From: an uncultured Prevotellaceae bacterium
GTDB lineage: Bacteria > Bacteroidota > Bacteroidia > Bacteroidales > Muribaculaceae
Direction of reading: 5' to 3'
Length of the DNA: 64,000 bases
NCBI GenBank assembly: GCA_947302275.1
Contig: CAMYUW010000010.1
Span: 8,661-72,660, forward strand
Part shown: positions 1 through 9,614 of the stretch, piece after piece
Layout: each line of letters starts with the position of its first letter
How positions within the stretch are numbered: the first letter of the stretch is position 1
The notes under the pieces: generated by a model
The model's input: only the letters and a program-made list of their open reading frames with translations
Told to the model about the DNA's origin: nothing
Database searches by the model: none
Position numbers and translations under genes: made by a program

Positions 1-2
1 TC

Positions 3-1193
3 CCCACCTCTGTTACCGCCATCGGGGACTATGCTTTTTCGGGCAGTTCGTCACTGGCAAGCATCGATATCCCGAGCAGCGTGACAAGCGTGGGTGACTA
101 CGCCTTCCGTGGCTGTTCGGCATTGCGCCAGGCCGTTCTCCCCGATGGTGTCAAGAGCATAGGGGCATGTGCGTTCTTTGACTGCTCATTACTCAACCAG
201 GTAAACATCCCGGCATCGGTAGAGAACATCGGCAGTTTCGCGTTTGAGCACTGCCCTGCCATCTTCAGTATGACGGTGGATGCCGACAACCCCGTCTATG
301 ACTCCCGCGACAGTTGCAATGCTATCATCGAGACGGCAACGGGCACACTGATTGCCGGGTGCATGAACACCGTCATTCCGGCCACCGTCACCGCCATCGG
401 CGATAACGCCTTCAGCGGCTGTTTCATGCTCACCCGACTCTCTATCCCCAAGTCGGTCAAGACCATCGGACATTACGCTTTCACGGATTGCTCCTCACTG
501 GCCGTCATTGACATTCCCAGCACCATCACGGCCATTGGTGACGCGGCCTTCGGCGGCTGCTCGGCACTGACTGGCATCGATTTGCCCAAGTCGGTAACAT
601 CCATCGGTGATTATGAGTTCTACCGCTGCACCCAACTCGCTAACGTCAAGATTCCCAATTCGGTCACATCCATCGGCACGGGGGCTTTTCGCGGTTGCTT
701 TGCGCTCACCGAAATTGCTATCCCCAAATCGGTCACCCGCATCGGCACGTCGGCATTCAGCGCCTGCCCCATGCTGACCAGAATGACTGTGGCCAGCGGA
801 AATCCCAACTACGACTCCCGCAAGGGCTGCAATGCCATCATCGAGACGGCTACAGGCACACTGATTGCAGGTTGCCAGAATACCGTCATCCCCGACGACG
901 TGACGTCAATCGGCTATGCTGCCTTCGATGGCTGCTCCACCCTGGAAGCCATCACCCTGCCCCGCTCCATCTCCACCATCGGCAAGAAAGCCTTCCGTGA
1001 CTGCCTCGTCCTGAAAGACGTCACCAGCCTCATCACCGACCCATCGATGGCCATCATCGCTCACGACGCCTTTAAACTGACATCCGGCGACTACACCGGC
1101 CGCACCCTCCATGTGCCCGCTGATGCCGTCCCGGCCTATCAATCGGCCCCAGCCTGGAGCGAATTCTTCCCCACCATCCTCCCAATCCAGTAA
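3..1193 (+). CDS. BspA-type leucine-rich repeat (LRR_5) surface protein, 5' partial
   Basis: Repeated IPxSVTxIGxxAFxxCxxL units. The frame stays open to the window start (PTSVTAIGDYAFSG from nt 3). Two copies of the YDSRxxCNAIIETATGTLIAGC insert. Confidence 0.93.
   Translation, partial: PTSVTAIGDYAFSGSSSLASIDIPSSVTSVGDYAFRGCSALRQAVLPDGVKSIGACAFFDCSLLNQVNIPASVENIGSFAFEHCPAIFSMTVDADNPVYDSRDSCNAIIETATGTLIAGCMNTVIPATVTAIGDNAFSGCFMLTRLSIPKSVKTIGHYAFTDCSSLAVIDIPSTITAIGDAAFGGCSALTGIDLPKSVTSIGDYEFYRCTQLANVKIPNSVTSIGTGAFRGCFALTEIAIPKSVTRIGTSAFSACPMLTRMTVASGNPNYDSRKGCNAIIETATGTLIAGCQNTVIPDDVTSIGYAAFDGCSTLEAITLPRSISTIGKKAFRDCLVLKDVTSLITDPSMAIIAHDAFKLTSGDYTGRTLHVPADAVPAYQSAPAWSEFFPTILPIQ
297..892 (+). 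repeat. Intragenic direct repeat, ~83 bp units at 297-379 and 810-892
   Basis: Near-identical gactcccgc...tgcaatgcyatcatcgagacggc...ggcacactgattgc...accgtcatycc blocks 513 bp apart. Confidence 0.85.
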
Positions 1194-1266
1194 ACTGAGC
1201 GAAACTGGGCGGCAATGTCAGCAATGACACCACAAGCGCAAGAAAAAGTGTAAGCGTTTTTTTCAT
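1072..1266 (-). pseudogene. Orphan Sec signal-peptide ORF that runs into the antisense strand of the LRR gene
   Basis: MKKTLTLFLALVVSLLTLPPSFAQ is a typical signal peptide with an AT-rich leader and an upstream TAATTTTG. After about codon 25 it overlaps the LRR 3' end and looks non-coding. Confidence 0.55.
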
Positions 1267-1356
1267 AATTAATTTATTATTAAGTTATTTAGAAGTTTTT
1301 TGTTTATTCAGAAGGCGGCAGGCCACTTTGGCCCTTGATCATTGTCATTGTGTCTC

Positions 1357-1364
1357 CAAAATTA
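1357..1364 (-). promoter_or_regulatory. Bacteroidetes -7 promoter element (TAATTTTG) upstream of the orphan signal-peptide ORF
   Basis: Exact TAnnTTTG about 90 nt upstream of the ATG at 1266. Confidence 0.5.
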
Positions 1365-1569
1365 GTGAATAATCTCCACACATTTTCTAACACCTGCCCC
1401 GTCACACTACAAAAAACAACGCAAACGATTGCATTTTTCGTTCAGATTCTAACAGCACAAGAAAGCAAGGCATGAAACATAATCCCGACCCATTGGCGAC
1501 TGCCATAAAACTGTAAAAAGTTGAAGACGCGGCCCATTGGCATGCTGAAAACACGCTCGCCTTTGCCAC

Positions 1570-1600
1570 AAAAAGGGCTGAAGCGTTCTGCCCCAGCCCC
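1570..1600 (-). terminator. Intrinsic terminator after the dockerin gene
   Basis: GGGCTG...CAGCCC stem followed by TTTTT on the minus strand. Confidence 0.6.
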
Positions 1601-1628
1601 AATCATCCTATAATAGCATCAATTCTAA

Positions 1629-2549
1629 TTAATTACGATTCATCTTTGCCATACGTGACTTGAACAATTTCGACATCTTAGGTGACATCAATGACTTGAG
1701 AATTGCAGAACCAGCGGCTGGAGACCAGTCATCACCCGACCATTCGGGCCATTCTGCAGGATAGCTCATGCCATCGCCATCCCCATAAATCACGAATATT
1801 GAAACAATATTATCATTATCATCTTTTACATAGATGATATAAGCAAATTGAATGTTACGGATACCCGCTTCTGTCTTTTCTCCCGAGATGAGCATTCCGG
1901 TACCATAGATGAAATCAAAAAATCCGCTGGGCTCGTCCAACATATAGCAGAAAGCGGCTGTGAACTTATTGCCATAACCAGTGATGCTTACTTGCGCTTG
2001 TTCATCATCTGTATCAAAATATTCATAACCTGAGTCCACATCCCTATAGTAGGCACCTACGGCAAAAAGAGCAGTGCCGTCTGTTTGATCCTGGAAATCA
2101 ATAATGATTCTCGTCATGATTTCATCATCATCCTCATATTCATCCCATCCGTAATTAGCCAAAAAGGAAACAGGATCTATTGCATACACACCTTCTATAA
2201 TAGGAGGCTCATCACCACTATAAAGATTCATGCCGCAATCTCTCAACAGGGCTAGGGTTTCTTCTTTAATTCCACCAAAGCCACCAGGTCCAGGAGGGGG
2301 TGTGGGATCTGAACCGCCCACTATCGTGTTAATCACAGAGTTCACGTCAGCAAGGGTCACTTCTCCGTCTCCATTAACGTCAGCATCTGACGATACGTTT
2401 CCATCCAATATCGCATCAATGATGGCATTGATGTCGGCAACAGATACTTCGCCATCACCATTCACATCTGGACTTCCTTGCGCATAAGCGGCCATAGGTA
2501 TCGCCAATACCGCAAACAGCAAAACAAAAGATTGTAGTAACTTCTTCAT
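1629..2549 (-). CDS. Secreted protein with an N-terminal dockerin type I domain and an uncharacterised acidic C-terminal domain
   Basis: Signal peptide ending AYA-Q. Duplicated DVNGDGEVxxADxNxxIxxI Ca-binding motif. PTPPPGPGG linker. Confidence 0.88.
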   Translation of the reverse strand: MKKLLQSFVLLFAVLAIPMAAYAQGSPDVNGDGEVSVADINAIIDAILDGNVSSDADVNGDGEVTLADVNSVINTIVGGSDPTPPPGPGGFGGIKEETLALLRDCGMNLYSGDEPPIIEGVYAIDPVSFLANYGWDEYEDDDEIMTRIIIDFQDQTDGTALFAVGAYYRDVDSGYEYFDTDDEQAQVSITGYGNKFTAAFCYMLDEPSGFFDFIYGTGMLISGEKTEAGIRNIQFAYIIYVKDDNDNIVSIFVIYGDGDGMSYPAEWPEWSGDDWSPAAGSAILKSLMSPKMSKLFKSRMAKMNRN

Positions 2550-2699
2550 AAATTGATAGTTTTAAGATAATTATTTATATGTGTATTTATGTAATTGTCT
2601 ATTTTTATGAAATTGTGGGTATCTGGAGACAATACCTAGATGCGATAATTCTGCCTGCTAAAATACGGACATGTTGTTTCCCGAGGACTCCCAAAACAT

Positions 2700-2738
2700 A
2701 AAAATCGACTATCAATTTTTTTTTGATAGTCGATTTTT
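2700..2738. repeat. Perfect 16-bp inverted repeat, bidirectional terminator-like
   Basis: AAAAATCGACTATCAA-T7-TTGATAGTCGATTTTT. Confidence 0.8.
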
Positions 2739-3020
2739 GAAGTTTTAGCCTGAAAAAACTGGATTTTAGCAACAATTCATATCAACTCAAGAACTGGAAG
2801 ACATCATGTAACGCATAGTTTAATGGTAATTTTTAGCCGATCAATTTGGCCAGAGTGCATAAGGATAAATAAAATTCGCATAAATTTAACAAAACCACAG
2901 CCATTTCTATCCCCACTATTGTCCCTATCCAGTAACATGCTTCAATCAACAAACTGGAGAAATAAGAAGGCATTCGGGACAAAAATTGGTTAAATCCTTT
3001 TTTATCCTCTCGACATACAC

Positions 3021-3028
3021 TAATTTTG
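3021..3028 (+). promoter_or_regulatory. -7 promoter element for the HAD/transporter pair
   Basis: TAATTTTG 22 nt before the ATG at 3051. Confidence 0.6.
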
Positions 3029-3050
3029 CAAGCGTAATAGCGAATAAGAT

Positions 3051-3719
3051 ATGAAAAAGCTGGTGATATTTGACCTGGACGGCACCCTGCTCAACACCAT
3101 TGAAGACTTGGGACAGGCGGCAAATTATGCGCTGGAACGCAATGGCTATGCGACCCACAGTATGGCCAGCTACCCTTACTTTGTGGGTAACGGCGTACGC
3201 CGGTTGATGACCCGTGTGCTACCTGAGGATGCCCGCGACGACGAAACTGTCGACCGCGTGCTTGGTGATTTCCTGGAATACTACGACGTGCACTGTACCG
3301 ACTATACCAAACCGTATATCGGCATGCCAGAACTGTTGCAGGACTTGCGCGACATGGGTGTGGCCATGGCTGTAGCCAGCAATAAGTACCAGAAAGCTGT
3401 AGATAAGATTATCACTCACTTTTACCCTGATATCAACTTCATCGCTATCGAGGGACATCGCGAGGGCGTAAACGTCAAGCCCGATCCGAGTATCCTCTTT
3501 TCCATTTTGGCCAAGGCACGTGCCCCCAAAGCCGAAGCGCTCTACATCGGCGACAGCGGCGTAGACATGGATGCCGGGCGACGCGCATGCATCGACACCG
3601 TGGGTGTGACATGGGGGTTCCGCAGCAAGAAAGAGCTTGTGGAATATCATGCCGATGCCATCGTTAACAATCCCGTGGACATCCTCGACATCGTCGAGAA
3701 TGGAATCCGAATCTCGTAA
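3051..3719 (+). CDS. HAD-family hydrolase (phosphoglycolate phosphatase-like)
   Basis: FDLDGTL motif I, SNK motif II, KPDP motif III, IGDSGVD motif IV. Confidence 0.93.
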   Translation: MKKLVIFDLDGTLLNTIEDLGQAANYALERNGYATHSMASYPYFVGNGVRRLMTRVLPEDARDDETVDRVLGDFLEYYDVHCTDYTKPYIGMPELLQDLRDMGVAMAVASNKYQKAVDKIITHFYPDINFIAIEGHREGVNVKPDPSILFSILAKARAPKAEALYIGDSGVDMDAGRRACIDTVGVTWGFRSKKELVEYHADAIVNNPVDILDIVENGIRIS

Positions 3720-3766
3720 CCCCTACCCTATTAACACAAAACGCTTAACCCTAAACTTAAACTGCA

Positions 3767-5452
3767 ATGGACTGGTTCTCTGAATTATGGATAGGTAATG
3801 GTGTAGCACACACCATACTCATTTACGCCATCGTCATCGCGATGGGTGTCCTATTGGGCAAAGTCAAGATATTCGGTATCTCACTCGGGGCAACATTCGT
3901 CCTTTTCTGCGGCATCTTCATTGGCCACCTCGGTGTGGAGGTTGACGCCGCCACGCTCAAGTTTATTCAAGAGTTTGGATTGATTCTGTTCATCTTCTCT
4001 ATCGGCTTGCAGGTGGGACCCAGTTTCTTCTCGTCGTTCAAGCACGAGGGCATCCAACTCAACAGTATCGCCATGCTCATCGTAGGTCTCAATGTGGTGG
4101 TGGCTCTCGCCATTTATTTCATTGCGGGAAACATCAACATCACCGACCTAGTGGGCGTGATGAGCGGTGCCGTAACCAATACGCCTGGGCTGGGTGCCGC
4201 ACAGCAGGCACTCATCGAGACCGTGGGCGACCATGCCAACGACCTTAACGAGTCAATGTCGCTGGGCTATGCAGCCGCCTATCCTCTCGGTGTCATCGGC
4301 ATTATCCTGTCGATGGTACTATTGAAGGCCTTCTTCCGCATCAATGTCGAAAAGGAAATCAACGACATCGAGCGCGAGAAAGAAGATAGCCAGCTCAAAC
4401 CCCACGTCGTCACCTATCAAGTGACCAACAAACTCATTTATGATATTCCTGTGACGCGCCTGCATGCCATCATCGACCGTAATTTCACCATCTCACGCAT
4501 GAAGCGTTCCGATGGCACTGTCGAGATTCCGCAAGGAGAAACCATCCTTCATCAGGACGACGTGCTACGAGTTGTCATGAGCGCCCATGATCAGGATATC
4601 TTTGATGCTATCGTCGGGCCGCACGTCGATTTTGACTGGCAGGTGGAAACGTCACCCAAGGGCATCACCAGCAAGCGCATAGTGATTACCAACAACGAGC
4701 TCAACGGCCGCAAGATTGGTTCCATCCGCCTCCATGAGGGATACAAAGTCAATATCACGCGCATCTATCGTGCTGGTGTCGAACTGCTTGCCAGCCCCAA
4801 CCTGTCGCTGCAAGTGGGTGACCGCCTCACTGTCGTGGGACGTGAGGAGGACCTGGACCGCTTGGGCAAGCGCATGGGCGACTCTTACAAGCGTCTGGAG
4901 CATCCCAATCTGTTCACCATGTTTATCGGTATCTTCCTGGGTATCCTTGTGGGATCTATTCCTATCATGCTGCCTGGCATGTCGGTACCCATGAAACTTG
5001 GTCTTGCGGGTGGTCCACTCGTAGTTGCTATCCTCATCGGACGTTACGGTTACAAAGCCCGTCTGGTAACCTATACCAGCACCGCCGCCAGCCTAATGCT
5101 CCGTGAGTTGGGCCTGTGCCTGTTTCTTGCCTCGGTGGGTATAGCCGCAGGCGGCAAATTTGTCTCTACCATCCTAAGTGCTAATGGTGCGTTGTGGGTA
5201 CTATACGGTTTCCTCATCACCATGATTCCACTGCTAATCGCCGTGGTCGTTGCACGAGGCAAGATGCACCTCAATTACTGCACCATCATGGGCCTCGTGG
5301 CTGGTGCCACCACCGACCCGCCCGCACTTGGTTACGCCAATAACACTGCCGGCAATGACGCACCTGCCGTCGCCTATGCCACTGTCTATCCTTTGACGAT
5401 GTTCATGCGTGTACTCATCGCCGAGTTGATCATCATCTTTGCTGTAGCCTAG
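3767..5452 (+). CDS. YidE/YbjL (AspT-like antiporter) family transporter with TrkA-C domains
   Basis: Two hydrophobic halves with GAVTNTPGLGA and GATTDPPAL motifs around a soluble region. Confidence 0.92.
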   Translation: MDWFSELWIGNGVAHTILIYAIVIAMGVLLGKVKIFGISLGATFVLFCGIFIGHLGVEVDAATLKFIQEFGLILFIFSIGLQVGPSFFSSFKHEGIQLNSIAMLIVGLNVVVALAIYFIAGNINITDLVGVMSGAVTNTPGLGAAQQALIETVGDHANDLNESMSLGYAAAYPLGVIGIILSMVLLKAFFRINVEKEINDIEREKEDSQLKPHVVTYQVTNKLIYDIPVTRLHAIIDRNFTISRMKRSDGTVEIPQGETILHQDDVLRVVMSAHDQDIFDAIVGPHVDFDWQVETSPKGITSKRIVITNNELNGRKIGSIRLHEGYKVNITRIYRAGVELLASPNLSLQVGDRLTVVGREEDLDRLGKRMGDSYKRLEHPNLFTMFIGIFLGILVGSIPIMLPGMSVPMKLGLAGGPLVVAILIGRYGYKARLVTYTSTAASLMLRELGLCLFLASVGIAAGGKFVSTILSANGALWVLYGFLITMIPLLIAVVVARGKMHLNYCTIMGLVAGATTDPPALGYANNTAGNDAPAVAYATVYPLTMFMRVLIAELIIIFAVA

Positions 5453-5582
5453 CTCAGCAAACTCCCATAATAACTGACTGTGTCATAATTGGCTTCGCCG
5501 AACTAACGGTTCGCGCGCGAAGTGCGATTATAGTTGCGCCAAATGAATGATGCCCCTTTATTTGTGGGAAAGGAATTCGCAA

Positions 5583-7922
5583 TTAGAAGGGATAGCCAAC
5601 GGAAAAGTGGAACTCGCTGTCGTTCTTGAAATTGGGATGCAATAGGGGCCAATGCTCTTGGCCGCTGGCAGGATTGTGGGCCTTCATGCCCATATCCATG
5701 CGGACGAGAAAGTATTTGAAATCCAAGCGAATACCCAAGCCATAGGCGGCAGCAATCTGCTCATAAAACTTATTGAACTTGAACACACCTCCCGGCTGGT
5801 CCTCTTTATAATCCTTGATGGTCCAGATGTTACCTGCGTCGATAAACAGACCCAACTCAACGACCCAGAATAACTTGGCTCGGTATTCAAGGTTCATGTC
5901 GAAGCGGATATCACCACACTGATAAAAGAAGTTGGACAGTTTATTATTGCTGTTGAAGCTGCCAGGCCCCAGGGTGCGCACACCCCAACCGCGCACGCTG
6001 TTAGCGCCACCGCTATAGAAACGTTTCTCAAAAGGCAACACGTCGGAGTTTCCATAGGGGATGGCAATGCCTGCCCCCACGTGGAAGGCCACCGACTGCC
6101 TCCGATCAAAGTAATGAGTAATAGCATAGTCGGCATCGGCCTTGAAGTACTGGGAATAGCGTATTCCCAGCCACTTGTAGCTGCCATCATCATCCGCCTT
6201 CTGCCGCGTGAGATGGGACAAGCCATGCAACAGGTTGCCAGCAGTCTCGGCATTGACACGGATGGTAAAGACATTGCGCTGGAAACGCCCCATCTGCAAG
6301 ACGTTCATCTCCTCCTTGTTGGTGCGGTAAAAGTTGTAGCCCATCCTCATGATCAAGTGATTCTCATAACTGTCGCGCAACAATCGGTTAATGCGGTTAT
6401 AGAAATCATCGTTGATCTTGGGCACACTGATGACACTCAGGTCCAGCAGCGTGAGAGTGTGGGACATGCGTCGACTGCGCTCGGTCCACTGGTAACGCCA
6501 GCCGCCACCAGCAATGACGCGGGTGTAATCGGGACGGGTCTGGTAGTCAAAATTAACAGAAAAAACAGTGGACGCCTGTATCTTGCGCTTGAACGAGCGC
6601 TTAAGGAACGGTGCCATAAACTTTGGGAAAGTGATACCCAAGTCGGTGGAGTACTCGCTGTAGTTGTTGTTGATGAGGCCGCTCAAGTTACCCGATAGAC
6701 TCTCGTATGCCACCTTGAACTTCGCATTCAACACCTCTGAACCCTTGAAGATGTTACGATGCTGGTAATCCAATCCGACACCAAATCCCAAGTCACCAGC
6801 GCTATTGGTTCCTTCGAGCGAAGCCGAAATAGTCTGGGATTTATCGTGCTGAAGCAGCACAAAAGCATCAACCATGAGCACTCCATCAATCTCCCCAATG
6901 GGCCTGATGTCAATATTAATCTGCTTGATGATTCCCAAACGCCCTAGGGATCGGTAAGTGCGGCTGATGGCTTCTGCATTATACAACTCGCCGGGTTCAA
7001 TGTGGTTACACTCATCAAGCGTCTGAGGCCGCAAGTAATGCTCACTGTCCTCAATAACCTTGATGCCACTACTGAGAGTCACGGTATCTGCGCCCCAGTA
7101 ACCATCCCGCATCGCAACAGGGTCATAGTTGGTGACATAAATCACATTGCGCACATAGAAAGGCTCATGCTCAGTATAATAGGGCATGTGTTCATTGCGA
7201 TAGGGTTCACGGGTGTTCAGCGTCAAATCCACGGCATGGGAATCAGCAGCGGTATCAGCAAAAAACGTGATGTATTCTTTGTTGAAGGCAAAATAACCGT
7301 GGTTGCGCAACTTCTCGGTAATCTCTTGCCGCCATGTATCCAGCCTGTTGAAATTGAGCAAATCACCTTTGCGGACATTGAAATCGGCGGAGTCAGCCAA
7401 AATGATCTGGCTCAACTCCTCATCAGGAATCTCATAGGATATGGACCGGATATAGTATGGTTCACCTAACGTGATATCGTAATTGATACTGGCTTTACGC
7501 TTTACACTATCCGTTTTGACATCATAAGTGACTGCATTATTCATGAAGCCACGATTAATCAATGCCGTATGCAACTGCTCGGCACTCGACTCGGTAAGCA
7601 AGCTGTCGTAAATGACTGGTGGAGTGCCCACACGCCTGATCCACCGGTTAAACCACTTGGTGCTATCTTTACCAGAAATGTTGTAAATCGCCAACTGCAA
7701 TTTGAATCCTCCCAAAACGCGATGATTGGCATTCTGACGCAGGTAATTGGCCAATTGCCCTTTCTCAACTTCGGGATGCGGGTCGGCAATGTTGATTTTT
7801 ACCTTATCCAGCAGGAGTTTTCCCTCGGGGACATGCTTGGTCGAGGAACATGAAGCCATCATCGCCACCAACATAACAGTGAGGGCGATGCTTTTCAGTA
7901 TTCTGTAAGCCAAGCGGTTCAT
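5583..7922 (-). CDS. Omp85/BamA-TamA family outer-membrane lipoprotein (TamL-like)
   Basis: Lipobox MASC, POTRA-like region, FYSGGANSVRGW motif, C-terminal VGYPF. Confidence 0.9.
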   Translation of the reverse strand: MNRLAYRILKSIALTVMLVAMMASCSSTKHVPEGKLLLDKVKINIADPHPEVEKGQLANYLRQNANHRVLGGFKLQLAIYNISGKDSTKWFNRWIRRVGTPPVIYDSLLTESSAEQLHTALINRGFMNNAVTYDVKTDSVKRKASINYDITLGEPYYIRSISYEIPDEELSQIILADSADFNVRKGDLLNFNRLDTWRQEITEKLRNHGYFAFNKEYITFFADTAADSHAVDLTLNTREPYRNEHMPYYTEHEPFYVRNVIYVTNYDPVAMRDGYWGADTVTLSSGIKVIEDSEHYLRPQTLDECNHIEPGELYNAEAISRTYRSLGRLGIIKQINIDIRPIGEIDGVLMVDAFVLLQHDKSQTISASLEGTNSAGDLGFGVGLDYQHRNIFKGSEVLNAKFKVAYESLSGNLSGLINNNYSEYSTDLGITFPKFMAPFLKRSFKRKIQASTVFSVNFDYQTRPDYTRVIAGGGWRYQWTERSRRMSHTLTLLDLSVISVPKINDDFYNRINRLLRDSYENHLIMRMGYNFYRTNKEEMNVLQMGRFQRNVFTIRVNAETAGNLLHGLSHLTRQKADDDGSYKWLGIRYSQYFKADADYAITHYFDRRQSVAFHVGAGIAIPYGNSDVLPFEKRFYSGGANSVRGWGVRTLGPGSFNSNNKLSNFFYQCGDIRFDMNLEYRAKLFWVVELGLFIDAGNIWTIKDYKEDQPGGVFKFNKFYEQIAAAYGLGIRLDFKYFLVRMDMGMKAHNPASGQEHWPLLHPNFKNDSEFHFSVGYPF

Positions 7923-7987
7923 TTCTTACGGCAGATTATACCGAGACCCAGGTCACGCTAGAACGATTCACTCAAGAAGGGCAACAA

Positions 7988-9589
7988 TCAATTAAAGTTG
8001 CGCTGTGCCTTATCGATGACCAGGTCGTAGTTGGAATCGTTGCGCAATGACTTGAGGCTTAACGGTGACAGATTATCGTAACGCAACTTGTAAAGGCTGC
8101 CATATCCATTATCAAGAGCTTTCTGAAGATACTCCATAGCCTTAAAATTATCACCCCTCAGTGCCATAAATACTGCGGCATAATAATAGTTCTCACCGCC
8201 AGGAAGGTTAGTTCCGGTAATGGTGTTCAACCACTTGAACGCATCGTTGTCACGGCCCAACTCACTGAAGCCTATGCCCCTGAAATCAAACAAGTCGTCA
8301 CTCAAGAGAGACACAATATTAAAGTCCTTGACAGCCAACTTGAAGTTATCAAGTTTTTTGAGCAGCAGGCCTCGTGTCAGCAGAGCCTCGGCATTGCCGG
8401 GTTCATTGGCTACGGCAGCATTGAGATAACCCAAGGCTTCATTATCCTTGCCCTGAGAGGAAAGTAACCCAGCCTTAGCCAACAACATGGGCACATACTG
8501 AGGAGCAAATGCTGAACACTGGTTCAACGTCTGCATTGCAGCCTGATAGTTGTTGCCCTCACCCGAGTTGAGCTCAGCCATAGCTTTCAGCAAATAAAAC
8601 TCGGGTTGTGATGAATCGCGTGCGAGTGCCTTATCGGCATTAACAAGCGCCTCGTCAAAACGGCCCAATTCAAAGTTGCACTTGCCAGTAAGGTAATCCA
8701 TCGTAGGACTATCGTAAAGATGGTTGCGCTGGATGAAGTTCAGATCCCTTAATGCCTGACCATAGTGGACGTGATCAATGGCGATATTCGCTCTCAGGAA
8801 ACGATACAAGCCACTGTTTTCGTTTGATTTGTCGGCCATTTCGGCCAAGGCGTTCATCACGCCATCATAATAAGTATCGCTCAAATCAAACAGTCGCTGG
8901 GCGGCCACACCGCCATTGCCAACCGACATGCCCATCAGCAAGTCCACAACAGCCGACTCGACATTACCCTGACGGGTATATATATCGGCACGGTTGACAT
9001 AAACCTGGGGCTCGGTGCGGAAGAGATCCACCGCTTTATCCACATGTTCCATAGCAGCTTTGGCATTACCGCGGGCCAGTTCCACCTGGGCCATGCCATA
9101 CATGGCATCGTAGTTCATCGACTCGGCACGCAGGATAGTCTTGAATCCTTTCTCAGCTGCAGTCAGATTGCCGGCCTTGAGGTTGGCCTTGGCAATCATA
9201 TCAGTGCAAGCCAAAGACTTGGGCTGCAACTCCTGAGCCATATGCAGGTCAGCCAACTCACTGGTATAATCATGGCGAGCCTCACTGATACGCGCCCTCA
9301 AAATGTACTCATCAAATCGCAAATCGCTATCGGTCTTAGGCGTGAGCAACAATGCCTGATTAACATCGGCCAACGCCGATGTGTAATCACCATTATAAAA
9401 ATGCTGGTGAGCGCGGGCAAACAGCGTGTTGTAGTCGTTGGGCTCCTTGGCTAACTGGTCGTCATAAACCTTCATGACGGCATTGGTGATCTTGTCTCGG
9501 AGCACCGCGTCACTGCTTTGTGCCGCTATGGTCATCGCACAACCAGCGATGACAAACGAAAGTATGAAACTTTTTATTCTTGTATTCAT
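7988..9589 (-). CDS. Secreted tetratricopeptide-repeat protein
   Basis: Signal peptide from M at 9589 (MNTRIKSFILSFVIAGCAMTIAA). Many TPR-like helical pairs. Confidence 0.85.
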   Translation of the reverse strand: MNTRIKSFILSFVIAGCAMTIAAQSSDAVLRDKITNAVMKVYDDQLAKEPNDYNTLFARAHQHFYNGDYTSALADVNQALLLTPKTDSDLRFDEYILRARISEARHDYTSELADLHMAQELQPKSLACTDMIAKANLKAGNLTAAEKGFKTILRAESMNYDAMYGMAQVELARGNAKAAMEHVDKAVDLFRTEPQVYVNRADIYTRQGNVESAVVDLLMGMSVGNGGVAAQRLFDLSDTYYDGVMNALAEMADKSNENSGLYRFLRANIAIDHVHYGQALRDLNFIQRNHLYDSPTMDYLTGKCNFELGRFDEALVNADKALARDSSQPEFYLLKAMAELNSGEGNNYQAAMQTLNQCSAFAPQYVPMLLAKAGLLSSQGKDNEALGYLNAAVANEPGNAEALLTRGLLLKKLDNFKLAVKDFNIVSLLSDDLFDFRGIGFSELGRDNDAFKWLNTITGTNLPGGENYYYAAVFMALRGDNFKAMEYLQKALDNGYGSLYKLRYDNLSPLSLKSLRNDSNYDLVIDKAQRNFN

Positions 9590-9614
9590 AGTGCTTGGAT
9601 CGTGATGAGTTTGT

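Noticed and set aside
3..1193. LRR repeats as a CRISPR array or DGR template/variable pair
   Set aside because: The repeats are in-frame protein repeats differing mostly at synonymous sites, not adenine-specific, and no cas or reverse transcriptase gene is present.
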